Of a DNA stretch of 64,000 nucleotides, positions 17,509-28,106 are shown piece after piece. Below the pieces are notes generated by a model, which had not been told where the DNA came from, did not search any database, and saw only the letters and a list, made by a program, of their open reading frames with translations. A program made the position numbers and the translations under genes. How positions within the stretch are numbered: the stretch's first letter is position 1; the number at the start of each line of letters is the position of its first letter. The DNA lies in assembly GCA_050012755.1 (NCBI GenBank), contig JBEKGO010000006.1:24184-88183 (forward strand). The letters run 5' to 3'. The DNA comes from Candidatus Bathyarchaeia archaeon. GTDB taxonomy: Archaea; Thermoproteota; Bathyarchaeia; Bathyarchaeales; Bathycorpusculaceae.

Positions 17509-18219
17509 TCACTCTTTTTTCATCGCTTCTATTTTCAGTTCCTTAGGCATTAACTCAATAGCGTATCTCAATGCGGTTCGAGGCATTACCCTTCTATTTT
17601 TTATGATATAGTCATAAACTTCTTTTTGATGAATTCGGCTTTCCTCTTTGAGTAACCACCCATAACCTTTCTGTACCATATCATCGCCATCATTTAACAG
17701 TTGATCGCATATTTCGAGGGCGTCTTGCAGGAAACAGCCCTTTTTTGCAGGAACAATAAGTGAAACAGCCGCAGCCCGTCTAAGCCAACGATTCCCAGAT
17801 TTCGCCCATTCTCTAATTTCGTTTAAGGTTTCTGGATATTTCTGGACTAGGTCGCCGATAGTGTGGTTACAGAATCCATCGCATTTTGCCCAGTTGTTTA
17901 TGTATCGCTCAATCCATCCTTTGAAAAACGGCAAGTCGCTTGGCTCAAGATGGTCAATGTAGTTCGGCAACCAAAAAGCAACTACAAAAGCCTCCTCAGT
18001 GTAGTCTGAACGATAAAGTTCTTTGCAAAGACCAAAAATTTCTTGTTTGTCAAGTGTCTGTACTTGTTTCCAGTATTTCTTGGCGATTTTACCTACTGTT
18101 TCGGTTTTAACGCCATAATATTTTACTTGTTCTTTAAAGAAACGTTGAAAACTTTTTTGTGTTTGCGTGTCGGTGTTGACTTTTAGTTCTTTTCTTATTT
18201 GGGCAAGGATGCTGTTCAT
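17509..18219 (-). CDS. AlkD-like DNA alkylation repair (HEAT-repeat) protein
   Basis: NWAKCD, WLRRAA, MVQKGYGWLLKE and RTALRYAIE motifs. Confidence 0.88.
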   Translation of the reverse strand: MNSILAQIRKELKVNTDTQTQKSFQRFFKEQVKYYGVKTETVGKIAKKYWKQVQTLDKQEIFGLCKELYRSDYTEEAFVVAFWLPNYIDHLEPSDLPFFKGWIERYINNWAKCDGFCNHTIGDLVQKYPETLNEIREWAKSGNRWLRRAAAVSLIVPAKKGCFLQDALEICDQLLNDGDDMVQKGYGWLLKEESRIHQKEVYDYIIKNRRVMPRTALRYAIELMPKELKIEAMKKE

Positions 18220-18294
18220 GTAGGTAAAAACAGTCTTTTGAGATTAATAGCTTTACTTAAAACTAAAGGTACAAAAAAATAGGAAGGTTGTGGG

Positions 18295-18582
18295 TTAGTA
18301 GTCTTCCATTTGGTAGAGGCCTAAGTCGATGTTTAATGATTTTTCAGGTCCATGTGCATCTTCAAGGTCGTAGAGGTGATTTGTGGCTTTGTCTAATCGG
18401 CTAGTTTTATTAACGGGCATTTTGGACTTTACCATCCTTACTTTCATTTTATTTTTGGGTTTGCGGACAATTTCCCCGCCGCCTATAACAAGTGAGTGGT
18501 CGATGGCTTTTGGAATAATCTCGACCTTCACATCTTCAAGTCCTATCGGTTTTAGTATGTCTTCATGTAAATGTTTAGTCAA
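18295..18582 (-). CDS. Hypothetical protein coupled to the RHH gene (probable start TTG 18582)
   Basis: In-frame TTG overlaps the end of the upstream RHH ORF by 8 nt. Confidence 0.55.
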   Translation of the reverse strand: MTKHLHEDILKPIGLEDVKVEIIPKAIDHSLVIGGGEIVRKPKNKMKVRMVKSKMPVNKTSRLDKATNHLYDLEDAHGPEKSLNIDLGLYQMEDY

Positions 18583-18730
18583 CGCCTTTGCGCCTCCAGA
18601 CTTCTGCACTGATCAAGTCTCGAACAGCCACTCGGATCGCTTCGGCGCGGTTCGGATAGAACCTTTCGTCGACAAGCTGGTCCAAAGCTTTTATATATGT
18701 TTCAGGCAAATACAGAGTAATCATCTTCAA
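18575..18730 (-). CDS. Ribbon-helix-helix regulator, CdrS/CopG-like (51 aa, absent from ORF track)
   Basis: Hand translation MKMITLYLPETYIKALDQLVDERFYPNRAEAIRVAVRDLISAEVWRRKGVD; GGGAG RBS upstream. Confidence 0.85.
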   Translation of the reverse strand: MKMITLYLPETYIKALDQLVDERFYPNRAEAIRVAVRDLISAEVWRRKGVD

Positions 18731-18944
18731 TAGTTATCGCTCCCTATTAGTGATTGAATAATCAAACGAGTCCTTGTTGGATATACATCTATATAATATG
18801 CTACAAATATGCTTATAACATGTTCATGCCTTAGCATATAAGCCTTTAATGGGTAACATTGCAGGTTTTTGTCAATTTCCGCTAAGCAACCTTTAAGTTT
18901 TTATCTCTTGTTGAAGCTTCTTACGAGCCGGTGATACATGGCCT

Positions 18945-20267
18945 TTGCAGGTTTTCGTTAGAAACTTTGGATGCTCAGCGAACATAGCAGATGGCGAAGT
19001 CTTAGCAGGATGCCTAGTACACGCAGGCTTCCAACTCGCAACTTCAGAGTCAAACGCTGACGTGTTAATCTACAATACATGTGCAGTTAAAGGTCCAACT
19101 GAAAACCGCATCATCAACGTTATGAAGCATGCACCAAAAAGCAAGAAACTTATCGTAGCAGGTTGTTTGCCAATAATTAGTTTTGAACGGCTTTTTCGCG
19201 AAGTGTGTTTTGACGGCGCAATCGGTCCGTCAATTGGCAGCGGAATTGTTGATGTTGTTTCCCGTGTTTTTGCTGGCGAGAAAGTTGTGGAATTATCAAA
19301 CCTGAATTGCAAACCACAGCTGGATCTTCCAAGAGCAAAGACTAACCCTGTCATCAGCATTGTCCCTGTGAATTATGGATGTCTAGGTTCTTGCGCATAC
19401 TGTTGTGTTGTTTTTGCCCGTGGACATCTGCGAAGCTATGGCATAAAGGAGGTTGTCAAACGAGTGCAATGCGATGTTGCCTCAGGCACCAAAGAGTTTT
19501 GGATCACATCTCAAGACACAGCCTGTTACGGAAGAGAAATTGGATCGAGTCTTGCAGAGTTGCTGGCAGCGCTGGGTGATTTACCTGGAGATTTTAAAGT
19601 CCGGGTTGGCATGATGACTCCAAACATGGTTACTGATATGCAGAATAATCTGATTAATGCCTTTAGGAACCATAGAATTTTCAAATTTCTGCATTTACCG
19701 GTGCAAAGTGGCGATAACGAGACATTGAAGCTGATGCGCAGGTTTTACACTGCTGAGCAATTCAAATATATTGTGGATGCGTTTAGGTCAGAGTTTCCTG
19801 ACTTGACGCTTGCTACCGATGTCATTGTAGGGTTTCCAGGCGAAACAAAAGAAGCGTTTGAAAACACCCTAAAACTCTTAGAAGAAGTAAAGCCTGATGT
19901 GACTAATGTTTCAAAGTTTTTTGCAAGACCCAAAACAGCGGCGGCTCAGATGCAAGATGGCTTGGTTGACCGCGAGGAAATCAAACGAAGAAGTGCTGTT
20001 TCCGCGGCGTTAGTTAAGCGGATTTCTTTGGAGCGGAATCAGCGTTGGGTCGGCTGGGTTGGTGAAATACTGGTTGATGAGAAGGGCAAAGTGGATGGTT
20101 CATGGGTTGGACGCAACTTTGCTTACAAGCCAGTTGCGGTAAAAAGCTCTAATAACCTACTGGGTAAAATTCTGGGAGTTAAAGTTGTGGATGCTTATTC
20201 AACTTATCTTAAAGGCACTGTAATCAAAAAAATGGAACATAAGAAAGCCAATGAAACATACTTCTGA
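18945..20267 (+). CDS. mtaB: tRNA methylthiotransferase (archaeal MtaB/CDKAL1-type)
   Basis: UPF0004 domain (FGCSAN, NTCAV, AGC), radical-SAM CLGSCAYC motif, TRAM domain. Confidence 0.88.
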   Translation: MQVFVRNFGCSANIADGEVLAGCLVHAGFQLATSESNADVLIYNTCAVKGPTENRIINVMKHAPKSKKLIVAGCLPIISFERLFREVCFDGAIGPSIGSGIVDVVSRVFAGEKVVELSNLNCKPQLDLPRAKTNPVISIVPVNYGCLGSCAYCCVVFARGHLRSYGIKEVVKRVQCDVASGTKEFWITSQDTACYGREIGSSLAELLAALGDLPGDFKVRVGMMTPNMVTDMQNNLINAFRNHRIFKFLHLPVQSGDNETLKLMRRFYTAEQFKYIVDAFRSEFPDLTLATDVIVGFPGETKEAFENTLKLLEEVKPDVTNVSKFFARPKTAAAQMQDGLVDREEIKRRSAVSAALVKRISLERNQRWVGWVGEILVDEKGKVDGSWVGRNFAYKPVAVKSSNNLLGKILGVKVVDAYSTYLKGTVIKKMEHKKANETYF

Positions 20268-20337
20268 AATTAACACCGAATAGGCACAGTAGAATGCTTA
20301 AATAATTTCGGCTCTTGTATTTTCTTCAGGCTAAGTA

Positions 20338-21765
20338 ATGACTAACACGAAATCAAATATTAAATTCTTTAATACGTTAACGCGTAAGAAAGAAGTTTTC
20401 AAGCCATTGGAAGACGGAAAAGTGAAAATATATACGTGTGGCCCAACAGTTTATGATTATGCTCATATCGGCAATTTTAGGGCTTTTTTGTTTGAGGATT
20501 TGCTTAAGCGTTGGCTTGTGAACAGAGGTTTTAAGGTCACCCACGTCATGAACCTAACTGACGTTGACGATAGAACTATTAAGGGCAGCCAGAAACAGCA
20601 GGTACCGCTTAGACAGCTCACCGATTTCTACGTGAAAGCGTTCTTTGAAGATATTAAAGCGTTAAACATAGAGCCAGCGGATGCTTATCCCCGAGCTACC
20701 GAGTTTATTCCTGAAATGGTTACTTTGATTAAGACCTTGATGGATAAGGGCTTCGCTTACAGAAGTGAAGACAGCTCAATTTATTACGCCATAAGCAAGT
20801 TCCCAGATTATGGTAAACTTTCAAAAATAAAAACTAATGAACTCAAGGCAGGGGCAAGAGTCAGCCAGGACGAATACGCTAAAGAGGAAGCTCAGGACTT
20901 CGCATTGTGGAAAGCCTGGACGCTTGAAGATGGCGACGTATTTTGGGAAACAGAGCTTGGCAAGGGTAGACCTGGCTGGCACATTGAATGCAGCGCTATG
21001 AGCATGAAGTATCTGGGCGAAACCTTTGACATTCACTGCGGCGGAGTAGACAACATTTTTCCCCATCATGAGAACGAGATTGCGCAAAGCGAGGCAGCAA
21101 CGGGTAAGAAGTTTGTTTATTATTGGTTGCATAATGAGCATTTGCTTGTTGAAGGCAAAAAAATGGCTAAGCGCCTCGGCAACTTCTACGCGCTCCGAGA
21201 CCTTTTAGCTAAAGGCTACGATCCGATTGCCATCAGGTACCTACTTATGTCAACGCATTATCGGCAGCAGTTCAACTTCACTTTCGAGGGCCTGGAATCT
21301 GCCAAGGGTGCGGTTGATAGGCTACGGAATTTTGTTCGTCGGTTGCATGAGGTCGATGGAGGTAAGGACAGTAAGGGAAGAGTTGCGGTTTTAACCGAGA
21401 ATCTTGAAGCTTGTTTTGGCGGTTCGATGGATGATGATTTGGACATCGGGATCGCGTTGGCGTCGCTATTTGATTTTGTAAGGGAAATAAACAACCTGCT
21501 TGATTCTAACATGATAAGCAAGGCGGAGTCGGCGCATGTGGGCGGTTTAATGACGATGATCGACGAAGTTTTAGGTGTTATCGGGAAAGTAGAAGTTGAA
21601 GAAGCCTTGTCAGACGACATTGATGCTTTAGTGCAGAAACGTGAGAGCGCCAGAAAAGCCAAGAAGTGGAAAGAAGCCGATGAGATAAGAACACAGCTTA
21701 AGGCAATGGGCATTGTACTTGAGGATACAGCGCAAGGCGTTCGGTGGCATAAAGAAAAGACTTAG
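20338..21765 (+). CDS. cysS: Cysteine--tRNA ligase
   Basis: [26 protein letters not shown] and KMAKR (KMSKS variant). Confidence 0.97.
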   Translation: MTNTKSNIKFFNTLTRKKEVFKPLEDGKVKIYTCGPTVYDYAHIGNFRAFLFEDLLKRWLVNRGFKVTHVMNLTDVDDRTIKGSQKQQVPLRQLTDFYVKAFFEDIKALNIEPADAYPRATEFIPEMVTLIKTLMDKGFAYRSEDSSIYYAISKFPDYGKLSKIKTNELKAGARVSQDEYAKEEAQDFALWKAWTLEDGDVFWETELGKGRPGWHIECSAMSMKYLGETFDIHCGGVDNIFPHHENEIAQSEAATGKKFVYYWLHNEHLLVEGKKMAKRLGNFYALRDLLAKGYDPIAIRYLLMSTHYRQQFNFTFEGLESAKGAVDRLRNFVRRLHEVDGGKDSKGRVAVLTENLEACFGGSMDDDLDIGIALASLFDFVREINNLLDSNMISKAESAHVGGLMTMIDEVLGVIGKVEVEEALSDDIDALVQKRESARKAKKWKEADEIRTQLKAMGIVLEDTAQGVRWHKEKT

Positions 21766-22550
21766 TTGCCTGTTTTGCCCTCAAAATTCCATTCCTTCTT
21801 AGAATATTTTTCTTTATAGAGTTTATTTGCAAGCTCCAATTCGTAAGTTGTTAGCTCACCGAGTTCAAGCTGTATTTTAAGCGTTGCCTTAAAGCCCTGT
21901 GTCAATGCGTTAGCGATTGTACTGGGCGAAACAGCATGGCCCAGTTCATTTTGGATGCTGGTGATTTTCCGTTTGGCGATGTCTGCTGCTTGACTGCAAG
22001 TTGCATTTTTTAATTTCAGAAGCTGAAACATTTTTGTCAAATCGACATTTCGCAAAAGTGTGCCATGTTGAAGTGCGACTCCTCGGCTGTTGGTTTGGCT
22101 GCTGCCAGAGATTTTCTTGCCTCCAACTGTCATGTTGGGACAGTTTTTAGCGTTGCCAGTGCTGAAATCAGCTGTTATCCCCAAAAGCCTAAGTGCATCC
22201 TTTATCGCCTCGTAAATCTTGGCGTAAACAATAGTGATATCTTTCGTTCCTAAAGTTTCTGTTTTGGCAGTTATGCTGTAGGTCACTTCGCCCTCGTAGT
22301 CATGATAAACTGTGCCACCGCCGCTACTACGCCTAACCAAATCGACGCCAAATTGTCTGCAGGCATCAAGGTACACTTCGGCTTCAGGGTTCTGGTTTTT
22401 GCCGATGCTTACGGCAGAGGGTTGCCACCGGTAGAAACGCAACGTATTAGGAACTTGTCCAGTGATTCGCGCATTTAAGATTGCCTCGTCAACTGCCATA
22501 TTCATAAACGCATTGTTTGTTTCAAGCGATAATAGGCGCCAAGTATCCAT
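21762..22550 (-). CDS. lplA: Lipoate-protein ligase catalytic domain (LplA-N/LipM-like)
   Basis: NMAVDEA, RRSSGGGTVYHD, KKISGSSQ and QHGTL motifs. Confidence 0.88.
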   Translation of the reverse strand: MDTWRLLSLETNNAFMNMAVDEAILNARITGQVPNTLRFYRWQPSAVSIGKNQNPEAEVYLDACRQFGVDLVRRSSGGGTVYHDYEGEVTYSITAKTETLGTKDITIVYAKIYEAIKDALRLLGITADFSTGNAKNCPNMTVGGKKISGSSQTNSRGVALQHGTLLRNVDLTKMFQLLKLKNATCSQAADIAKRKITSIQNELGHAVSPSTIANALTQGFKATLKIQLELGELTTYELELANKLYKEKYSKKEWNFEGKTGN

Positions 22551-22682
22551 AAGTCTTCAACCTTTTCAATGAAAAACTGAATATCGCTTAAAACTCTTAT
22601 GGGCAATAAAAAAGCTGCTCTCAGTGGAGAGATAAAGCCTTAAAACCTGAACTTGCATTCTTAACCAAAAGAGGGCAAAATA

Positions 22683-23564
22683 ATGAAGGTTATCTCAGGT
22701 CCAGCTTCGAAAGAGCTTGCTGAACGGATTTCAGCGTTATCTGGCTTTGGCAACATTAGTGTTGCTTCCAAAGTTTTTCCTGATGGAGAATCATACGTTC
22801 GCTTGGAAGGCGAAATGAAAGGCGAAAATGTAGCGATTGTACAGACGACGTGCCCCCCGATGCAAGATGGGAGACTTTTCCAGCTAGCCTTCATGGCTGA
22901 CGCGGCAAAGCGAAGTGGCGCCGTCAAAGTCACCGCTGTTGTGCCTTATTTGGCTTACGCGCGGCAGGACAAGATGTTTCTATCGGGTGAAGGCATAAGC
23001 ATTGAAACCATCGCACGAATGCTCAAAGCAGCAGGAATCGACGAATTAATCACCGTTAACATCCACTCAGAATCAACACTCAATCAGTTTCCGTTTCCAG
23101 CAAAAACCTTGAGCGCTATCCCGCTCTTGGCACAGTATTTCGTGGATAAAGGCTTCGAAGGCGCATTTGCTCTATCTCCCGACAAAGGAGCGATGTACAT
23201 AGCAAAGCAAGCACAGAAAGTCCTGGGGGGCGACTCTGGACACCTAAGCAAACAGCGCGACCGTTACACTGGGCAAACCGTACAGACTGCAGAGGGCTTA
23301 AACGTTAAAGACCAAACCGTAATCATCCTTGACGACATAATTAGCACAGGCGGCACCATTGTTGGCGCAGCAAAAATTCTCCGCGAACAAGGCGCCAAAC
23401 ATGTTTTCTGCGCGTGTGTGCACGGTTTACTGATCGACGACGCACAAAAACGCATCTTAGACGCTGGCGTGGAGGAAATCGTGGGAACCGACAGCGTACC
23501 AAGTATTATAAGCAAAGTTTCGTTAGCGCCGCTATTAAGCCAAGAACTTAGGGCGCAGAAATAG
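22683..23564 (+). CDS. prs: Ribose-phosphate pyrophosphokinase
   Basis: FPDGE, PYLAYARQD, SPDKG and DDIISTGGT motifs. Confidence 0.96.
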   Translation: MKVISGPASKELAERISALSGFGNISVASKVFPDGESYVRLEGEMKGENVAIVQTTCPPMQDGRLFQLAFMADAAKRSGAVKVTAVVPYLAYARQDKMFLSGEGISIETIARMLKAAGIDELITVNIHSESTLNQFPFPAKTLSAIPLLAQYFVDKGFEGAFALSPDKGAMYIAKQAQKVLGGDSGHLSKQRDRYTGQTVQTAEGLNVKDQTVIILDDIISTGGTIVGAAKILREQGAKHVFCACVHGLLIDDAQKRILDAGVEEIVGTDSVPSIISKVSLAPLLSQELRAQK

Positions 23565-24664
23565 TGGCAAAACTTTTTTTTCTGCTGTCAGGCGAGAATG
23601 AATCGCTGCCTGTTGCCGAAGTCAAAGCGATCCTTGAAGCTGAAGGATACCAATATGCCAATGCAGAGGAATTTGACCAAGTTTTAAGGTTGGAGGCAGA
23701 CGTGAACAGTGTGAAGTTGATTCAAGTCCGGTCGGCTTACACGCGAGTTTGTGCATTGGAACTTTTTGTATCAAATGCAGACTTATCGGACATAGCTGAT
23801 GCAGCTTCTAAAACAGACTTCAAAGCCGTCCTACGGCCGGGCGAAAGTTTCGTCGTTAGAATAAACCGTATAAAAAACTATGCTGACGAGGCTTTGAACA
23901 CTATGGTTCTTGAAGGCAAACTGGGTAAGCAAATCTTAAACGCAACGATAGGTACAAAAGTAAACCTCAAAAACCCCGACAAAATTTTCCTCGGGATAAT
24001 CACAGGCGACAAACTTGTCTTAGGCTTAAAACTCACGGATATAACCTCCAAAACCTTTTCAGAGCGAAGACCACGCAAAAAACCATTCTTTCATCCGTCC
24101 GCTATGCCTTCGAAGATGGCACGTTGCATGGTGAATTTAGCACATGGCAAAGTGGAAAGCTTGGTTTTAGACCCTTTTTGTGGAACAGGCACATCACTTA
24201 TTGAGGCCACTTATATCGGCTGCAGAGCGGTGGGTGTGGATGCTCAGAAACGGATGGTTTTGGGTTGCAGAAAAAACCTTCGACACTTCAACATCTCTCC
24301 TGAAGGTCTAATCTGGGGTGACGCTCGAATGCTGCCTTTCCTTAAGGTTGATTGCGTCGTAACTGACCCTCCATATGGCCGTTCATCAAGCACTTTGAAA
24401 TCAACGACTAAGCAGTTGGTGCAAGACGTTTTGGCTTCAACATATGACTTGTTGAGGGTGGGACAACGAATTTGTATCGCACTCCCGATTACACGTAACA
24501 AATCTGGATCAATTAAGCATATGTCAAATGAAATATCTACATTTATTGAAGATCTAGGTTTCAAACGTTTGCAAAGTCATGCAGTCTATGTGCATAGGAC
24601 GTTAACGAGGGAGATAATGGTCTATGAAAAAGCTGAAACAAGCCGTTTGTCTATCCGCCTTTAA
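23564..24664 (+). CDS. trm11: THUMP-domain tRNA (guanine-N2) methyltransferase, Trm11-like
   Basis: THUMP region; PFFHP..M..KMARCMVNL, DPFCGTG and DPPYG motifs. Confidence 0.88.
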   Translation: MAKLFFLLSGENESLPVAEVKAILEAEGYQYANAEEFDQVLRLEADVNSVKLIQVRSAYTRVCALELFVSNADLSDIADAASKTDFKAVLRPGESFVVRINRIKNYADEALNTMVLEGKLGKQILNATIGTKVNLKNPDKIFLGIITGDKLVLGLKLTDITSKTFSERRPRKKPFFHPSAMPSKMARCMVNLAHGKVESLVLDPFCGTGTSLIEATYIGCRAVGVDAQKRMVLGCRKNLRHFNISPEGLIWGDARMLPFLKVDCVVTDPPYGRSSSTLKSTTKQLVQDVLASTYDLLRVGQRICIALPITRNKSGSIKHMSNEISTFIEDLGFKRLQSHAVYVHRTLTREIMVYEKAETSRLSIRL

Positions 24665-24751
24665 GGAGTAAAGTAGAGGCATTCTGATGCCCGTCTAGGT
24701 ATTAAATTAAGATTTGAATTAAAAAAAAGAAAAAGGAAAATTGTTTTGAAT

Positions 24752-27421
24752 TTATCGCTTTCTCAGTACAAGCGCAAAGCCTATGGCGATCACGATGATT
24801 ATGGCAACTGCGGCACCGACTACGTATAGCATAAGATCAGATGTTGTTGCAACATTTACTTGAGCCGTAACGGTTGGTGTTGGTGTTGCTGCTGGACCGC
24901 TAGCATAGAAGTACGTTGTAGAAGTCGACGGATAGTAGCTGTTCGAACCTAGGAAGCTAGCAATAACTTCGAAGTTGCCAGGAATGTCCGGTGTCCAAGT
25001 TAAACCATAGTGGCCCGTGCCATCACTCGTAGTAGTGCCAATCGTTCTAAAGTTGTTGTTTGCGTCAAGAACACTAATTGTTATTGGCACACCAGTTATG
25101 TTGTTCGGCATTACCTGTTGCTGATAAACTGCTTCCATGAATGCACTTTCGCTTGCATCAGAGACGCATGGCAGACCATTGGGGAAGTTAGATTTAACCA
25201 ACTGTTGGTTTGTGCCCGCTGAGACATCTGTTATAGTGCCTGTGATGGTTATCGGGGTAGCGGTTGAAACTCCAACGCTAGGTGCTGAAACGGTAATATC
25301 GCTCGGTCCCTTGGCAAAAGCGTATAACTGGTTGTCATAAGCATTTAGCGACACAACGACTCCATATGATATTTCAGTGGAAGTAACACTTGTATCCAGT
25401 TCTTTCCACACAAGCGAACCATCAGTCATGTTTACTGCATATAGTTGAGCCCCGTGAAATAGCGGCGGGTTGTATTCATGTCCTCCAGCAAAGTATCCAA
25501 CGTCGTTGGATATACAGCTGCTACCGAAGACCCAAAGTGGCCAGATGTTGTATGGTGTCTCAATTCCTGATGGACCGCTCCATTGCGTTGTGTTGGCGTA
25601 CCATGCCAGTTTTCCGGTTGTTTCATTTATGGCCCAGACATCGCCTCCGAGAGCTTCCCAGATGCTAAGACCCTTTCCATTATAGGGTTTTATCTGGAAT
25701 AGGTCGTAGATGTTTGGGCTAGCGCCGTTTGTTCCAGTCAATTGGATGTCCCATGCTTTGGTGGCAGTGCGTACATTGTATGCGACTACGTCCATGTTGA
25801 CGTCGTTGCCCCATTCCATCAGTCCGTCACCGAAATTTGACATGTCCCTAGTGTATGGTAGAAGCGCCTTTGTATCAGCATAAGTTATGTTTACAGCGCC
25901 TAAGAATTGGCCAGTCATAGCATCCAAGCTTGCCATACTAACGAAGCCCTGTGTTCCATACATGTAAGATCCTGAAGTGAATACTATAGCACCGCCAGTT
26001 ATCGACGATAAGCCTAGAGCGGGGTCAAATTTTACACCGCTGATGTTGGTTGGCACATTTACGTCAAACATGTATCCTGTCTGCATAGCTCGTACTGAGT
26101 TTACGTTAAGGTTGGTAGGACTCATAGCGGAAGTTACGCCCATGCATGTCGTCATGTTGACAGCGGTCACGTGAGTTCCAGTGGTTGTTGCTAACGCGGT
26201 TGTTCCAGCGGTCGGATGAATGACTTGTGTGCCAGCGGTAGAGTTCGTGAAGTAGCCTATCATGTTTCCATTGCTATCTTGTCCGATTGTCAGAGAGGAG
26301 CCGTTGACAACGCTCTCAACGTATTTCCCAGTTACACCATCATAGAGGTTCCATTGTGTTCCCCTATTGGCGGGTACTGTTCCACCAGTGTCTGATGCTG
26401 GAAGAGTGCCTGTAGTCCAAAGCCAAGGTCCACGAACACCATAGTCGTTAATTGTGTACATATTGAAAAGGACGCCGCCTATCAAGGGGTTGGTGGTGTT
26501 TATCGTCCATAGAGTTTCTCCAGTGTATAGGTTCAATGCAACGATGCCCTGATTAGCGCCAGAGGCCATGCCGAAAGTATATTGCGTAGAGTATAGTATG
26601 CCGTTCATGACGACTGGGGCATACCTAGGTGTGTACTGGAATGTTGACCAAAAGTGACTTGTGACTTCTCCTCCACCGAATATTCCTCCGGCTACACCGC
26701 CCGCTAGCCAAGGCTTCGTCCATATGACATGCCCAGCATTCACCGATTCGGTATAGGGGTTATAGTTACTAGTGCAGTTGTATCCTCCACATGACGCAAA
26801 AGCTTCGTAACCGGTTCCAATCCATGCTCCTGTGAGAGTGTACCAATTCTGAGAATTCTCAGCTGATACTGGTGTCTGCCACCACTGTGTTGGAAGCGGA
26901 GTAAACGGAAACACGCGCTGTACTGCTGGTTCTTGTTGCACCACAAGTGTAGATGGTAAGCTTTGGCTAGGATCAGCCCAGACGCCCTTTGTTCCTGGAC
27001 CAAAAATACTACCAGATTGGTTCGTAAGCTCTTGTCCACCGTATCTGAATATAATTGTATAGTTGCCAAGTACGGTAGGCGTAAAGTAAGCAACTGTACC
27101 GTCAGTGAGGTCGGAAGTATACGGTCCTAACGTGGTTTTAACTCCATTGGGATCCGTTATGTCAACATAGAAATTTATCGCTACTTCATTGCTTGGAAAG
27201 ACAGTCGAAAGGAATATGCCAAGAGTTACTTGCTGGCCGATGCCGGCGGGATTAGGGAACACGTTGAGATATGAATAAGTGGGCATGTGCGTACCTGGTG
27301 CAATCGCCGCATCTCCATGTGTTAATGGAATTGTAACTACGGTCATTGAGAGCATTAGTAACATTGCAATCAAGGTAATTACGGTTTTACTTTTTGGGAT
27401 TTTTATGTTTAATGTTTTCAT
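24752..27421 (-). CDS. Large secreted PQQ-binding-like beta-propeller surface protein with C-terminal TM anchor
   Basis: Signal peptide, PNPAGIGQ Ig-like start, repeated xxTGxxxW blades, NAYDNQLYAFAKGPS, C-terminal TM plus RKR. Confidence 0.85.
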   Translation of the reverse strand: MKTLNIKIPKSKTVITLIAMLLMLSMTVVTIPLTHGDAAIAPGTHMPTYSYLNVFPNPAGIGQQVTLGIFLSTVFPSNEVAINFYVDITDPNGVKTTLGPYTSDLTDGTVAYFTPTVLGNYTIIFRYGGQELTNQSGSIFGPGTKGVWADPSQSLPSTLVVQQEPAVQRVFPFTPLPTQWWQTPVSAENSQNWYTLTGAWIGTGYEAFASCGGYNCTSNYNPYTESVNAGHVIWTKPWLAGGVAGGIFGGGEVTSHFWSTFQYTPRYAPVVMNGILYSTQYTFGMASGANQGIVALNLYTGETLWTINTTNPLIGGVLFNMYTINDYGVRGPWLWTTGTLPASDTGGTVPANRGTQWNLYDGVTGKYVESVVNGSSLTIGQDSNGNMIGYFTNSTAGTQVIHPTAGTTALATTTGTHVTAVNMTTCMGVTSAMSPTNLNVNSVRAMQTGYMFDVNVPTNISGVKFDPALGLSSITGGAIVFTSGSYMYGTQGFVSMASLDAMTGQFLGAVNITYADTKALLPYTRDMSNFGDGLMEWGNDVNMDVVAYNVRTATKAWDIQLTGTNGASPNIYDLFQIKPYNGKGLSIWEALGGDVWAINETTGKLAWYANTTQWSGPSGIETPYNIWPLWVFGSSCISNDVGYFAGGHEYNPPLFHGAQLYAVNMTDGSLVWKELDTSVTSTEISYGVVVSLNAYDNQLYAFAKGPSDITVSAPSVGVSTATPITITGTITDVSAGTNQQLVKSNFPNGLPCVSDASESAFMEAVYQQQVMPNNITGVPITISVLDANNNFRTIGTTTSDGTGHYGLTWTPDIPGNFEVIASFLGSNSYYPSTSTTYFYASGPAATPTPTVTAQVNVATTSDLMLYVVGAAVAIIIVIAIGFALVLRKR

Positions 27422-27768
27422 TTTTGTTTTTCTTCCTTCAATTTTGTTAAACGGAAAGTAAGCTTTCTAAGCAAGCTCTCTCTCTCTTCCGTTCAGGTTG
27501 GTTATATCAAAGCTAACGTATTTATAATTTTGGATAAATATTGGAAAACGTTTATAAGTCATAAAATCCATTAAGAAAGTTTCTTTTCCTTCGAAAAAAT
27601 ATTCCTATTAGAATGCCCAAAACGGTTTCATCAGATTTTGCACATGGGTCCCGTGCTTGCTGAAACTGTTAGATGAGGGTTGAAAGTAGAAGTGCGAGAA
27701 CTATTAAGAAAAACGGAAAAAGGCCAAATTTGTTTTTCATTTAATACCTTCGTCATTATATAAATAAT

Positions 27769-27782
27769 ATGACACGTGTCAT
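27769..27782. promoter_or_regulatory. Perfect 14-bp palindrome, operator candidate
   Basis: ATGACACGTGTCAT lies between TTATATAAATA (27756-27766) and TTCTTAAG (27784-27791). Confidence 0.5.
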
Positions 27783-27813
27783 GTTCTTAAGCTTTACCCG
27801 CCAAACAATTATC

Positions 27814-28056
27814 GCTGAAGGGGTTGCAGGTCGTTGAACAGACGCTATCGAAAGCAGGAATACTGCTAAGCCAGCACCTCAAACACTTTTTAGGGGCTGA
27901 AACACTCTCACAGGTTGAAGGAAAATGACTCAATTCAGTCATTCGTTACCCCACAAGGAGCAAGCGGTTTGTATTGCTTCGCCTAAAACATTACAGATTT
28001 AAGCGTTAGCTGAGGCTTTAGGTTATAGGCAAGTGGAATCCCATTCTGCCTTCAAA
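27814..28056 (+). ncRNA. Putative structured non-coding RNA or long structured leader of unknown family
   Basis: Starts about 23 nt after a TATA-like box, has at least six local hairpins plus end-to-end pairing, and contains no ORF of 60 aa or more. Confidence 0.45.
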
Positions 28057-28106
28057 CATAGAAGTCTAACAAGGGAAATTGCAGGTTTCGAAAAGGTGCA
28101 AAGACA

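Noticed and set aside
18478-18560. Resemblance of LEDVKVEIIPKAIDHSLVIGGG to the HdrA FAD-binding strand
   Set aside because: The GxGxxG motif is incomplete and nothing else aligns; too short to support.
18383-18733. 116-aa plus-strand ORF
   Set aside because: Antisense shadow of the RHH gene and its partner.
27814-28100. Identification of the structured region as RNase P RNA, SRP RNA, a c-di-AMP riboswitch or the raiA motif
   Set aside because: Only fragments match (CCCCACAAGGAGCAAG, GGAGCAAGC, GGTTG..GTCG). The P4 strands, the SRP helix-8 CAGG-GNAA core and the other conserved cores are absent.
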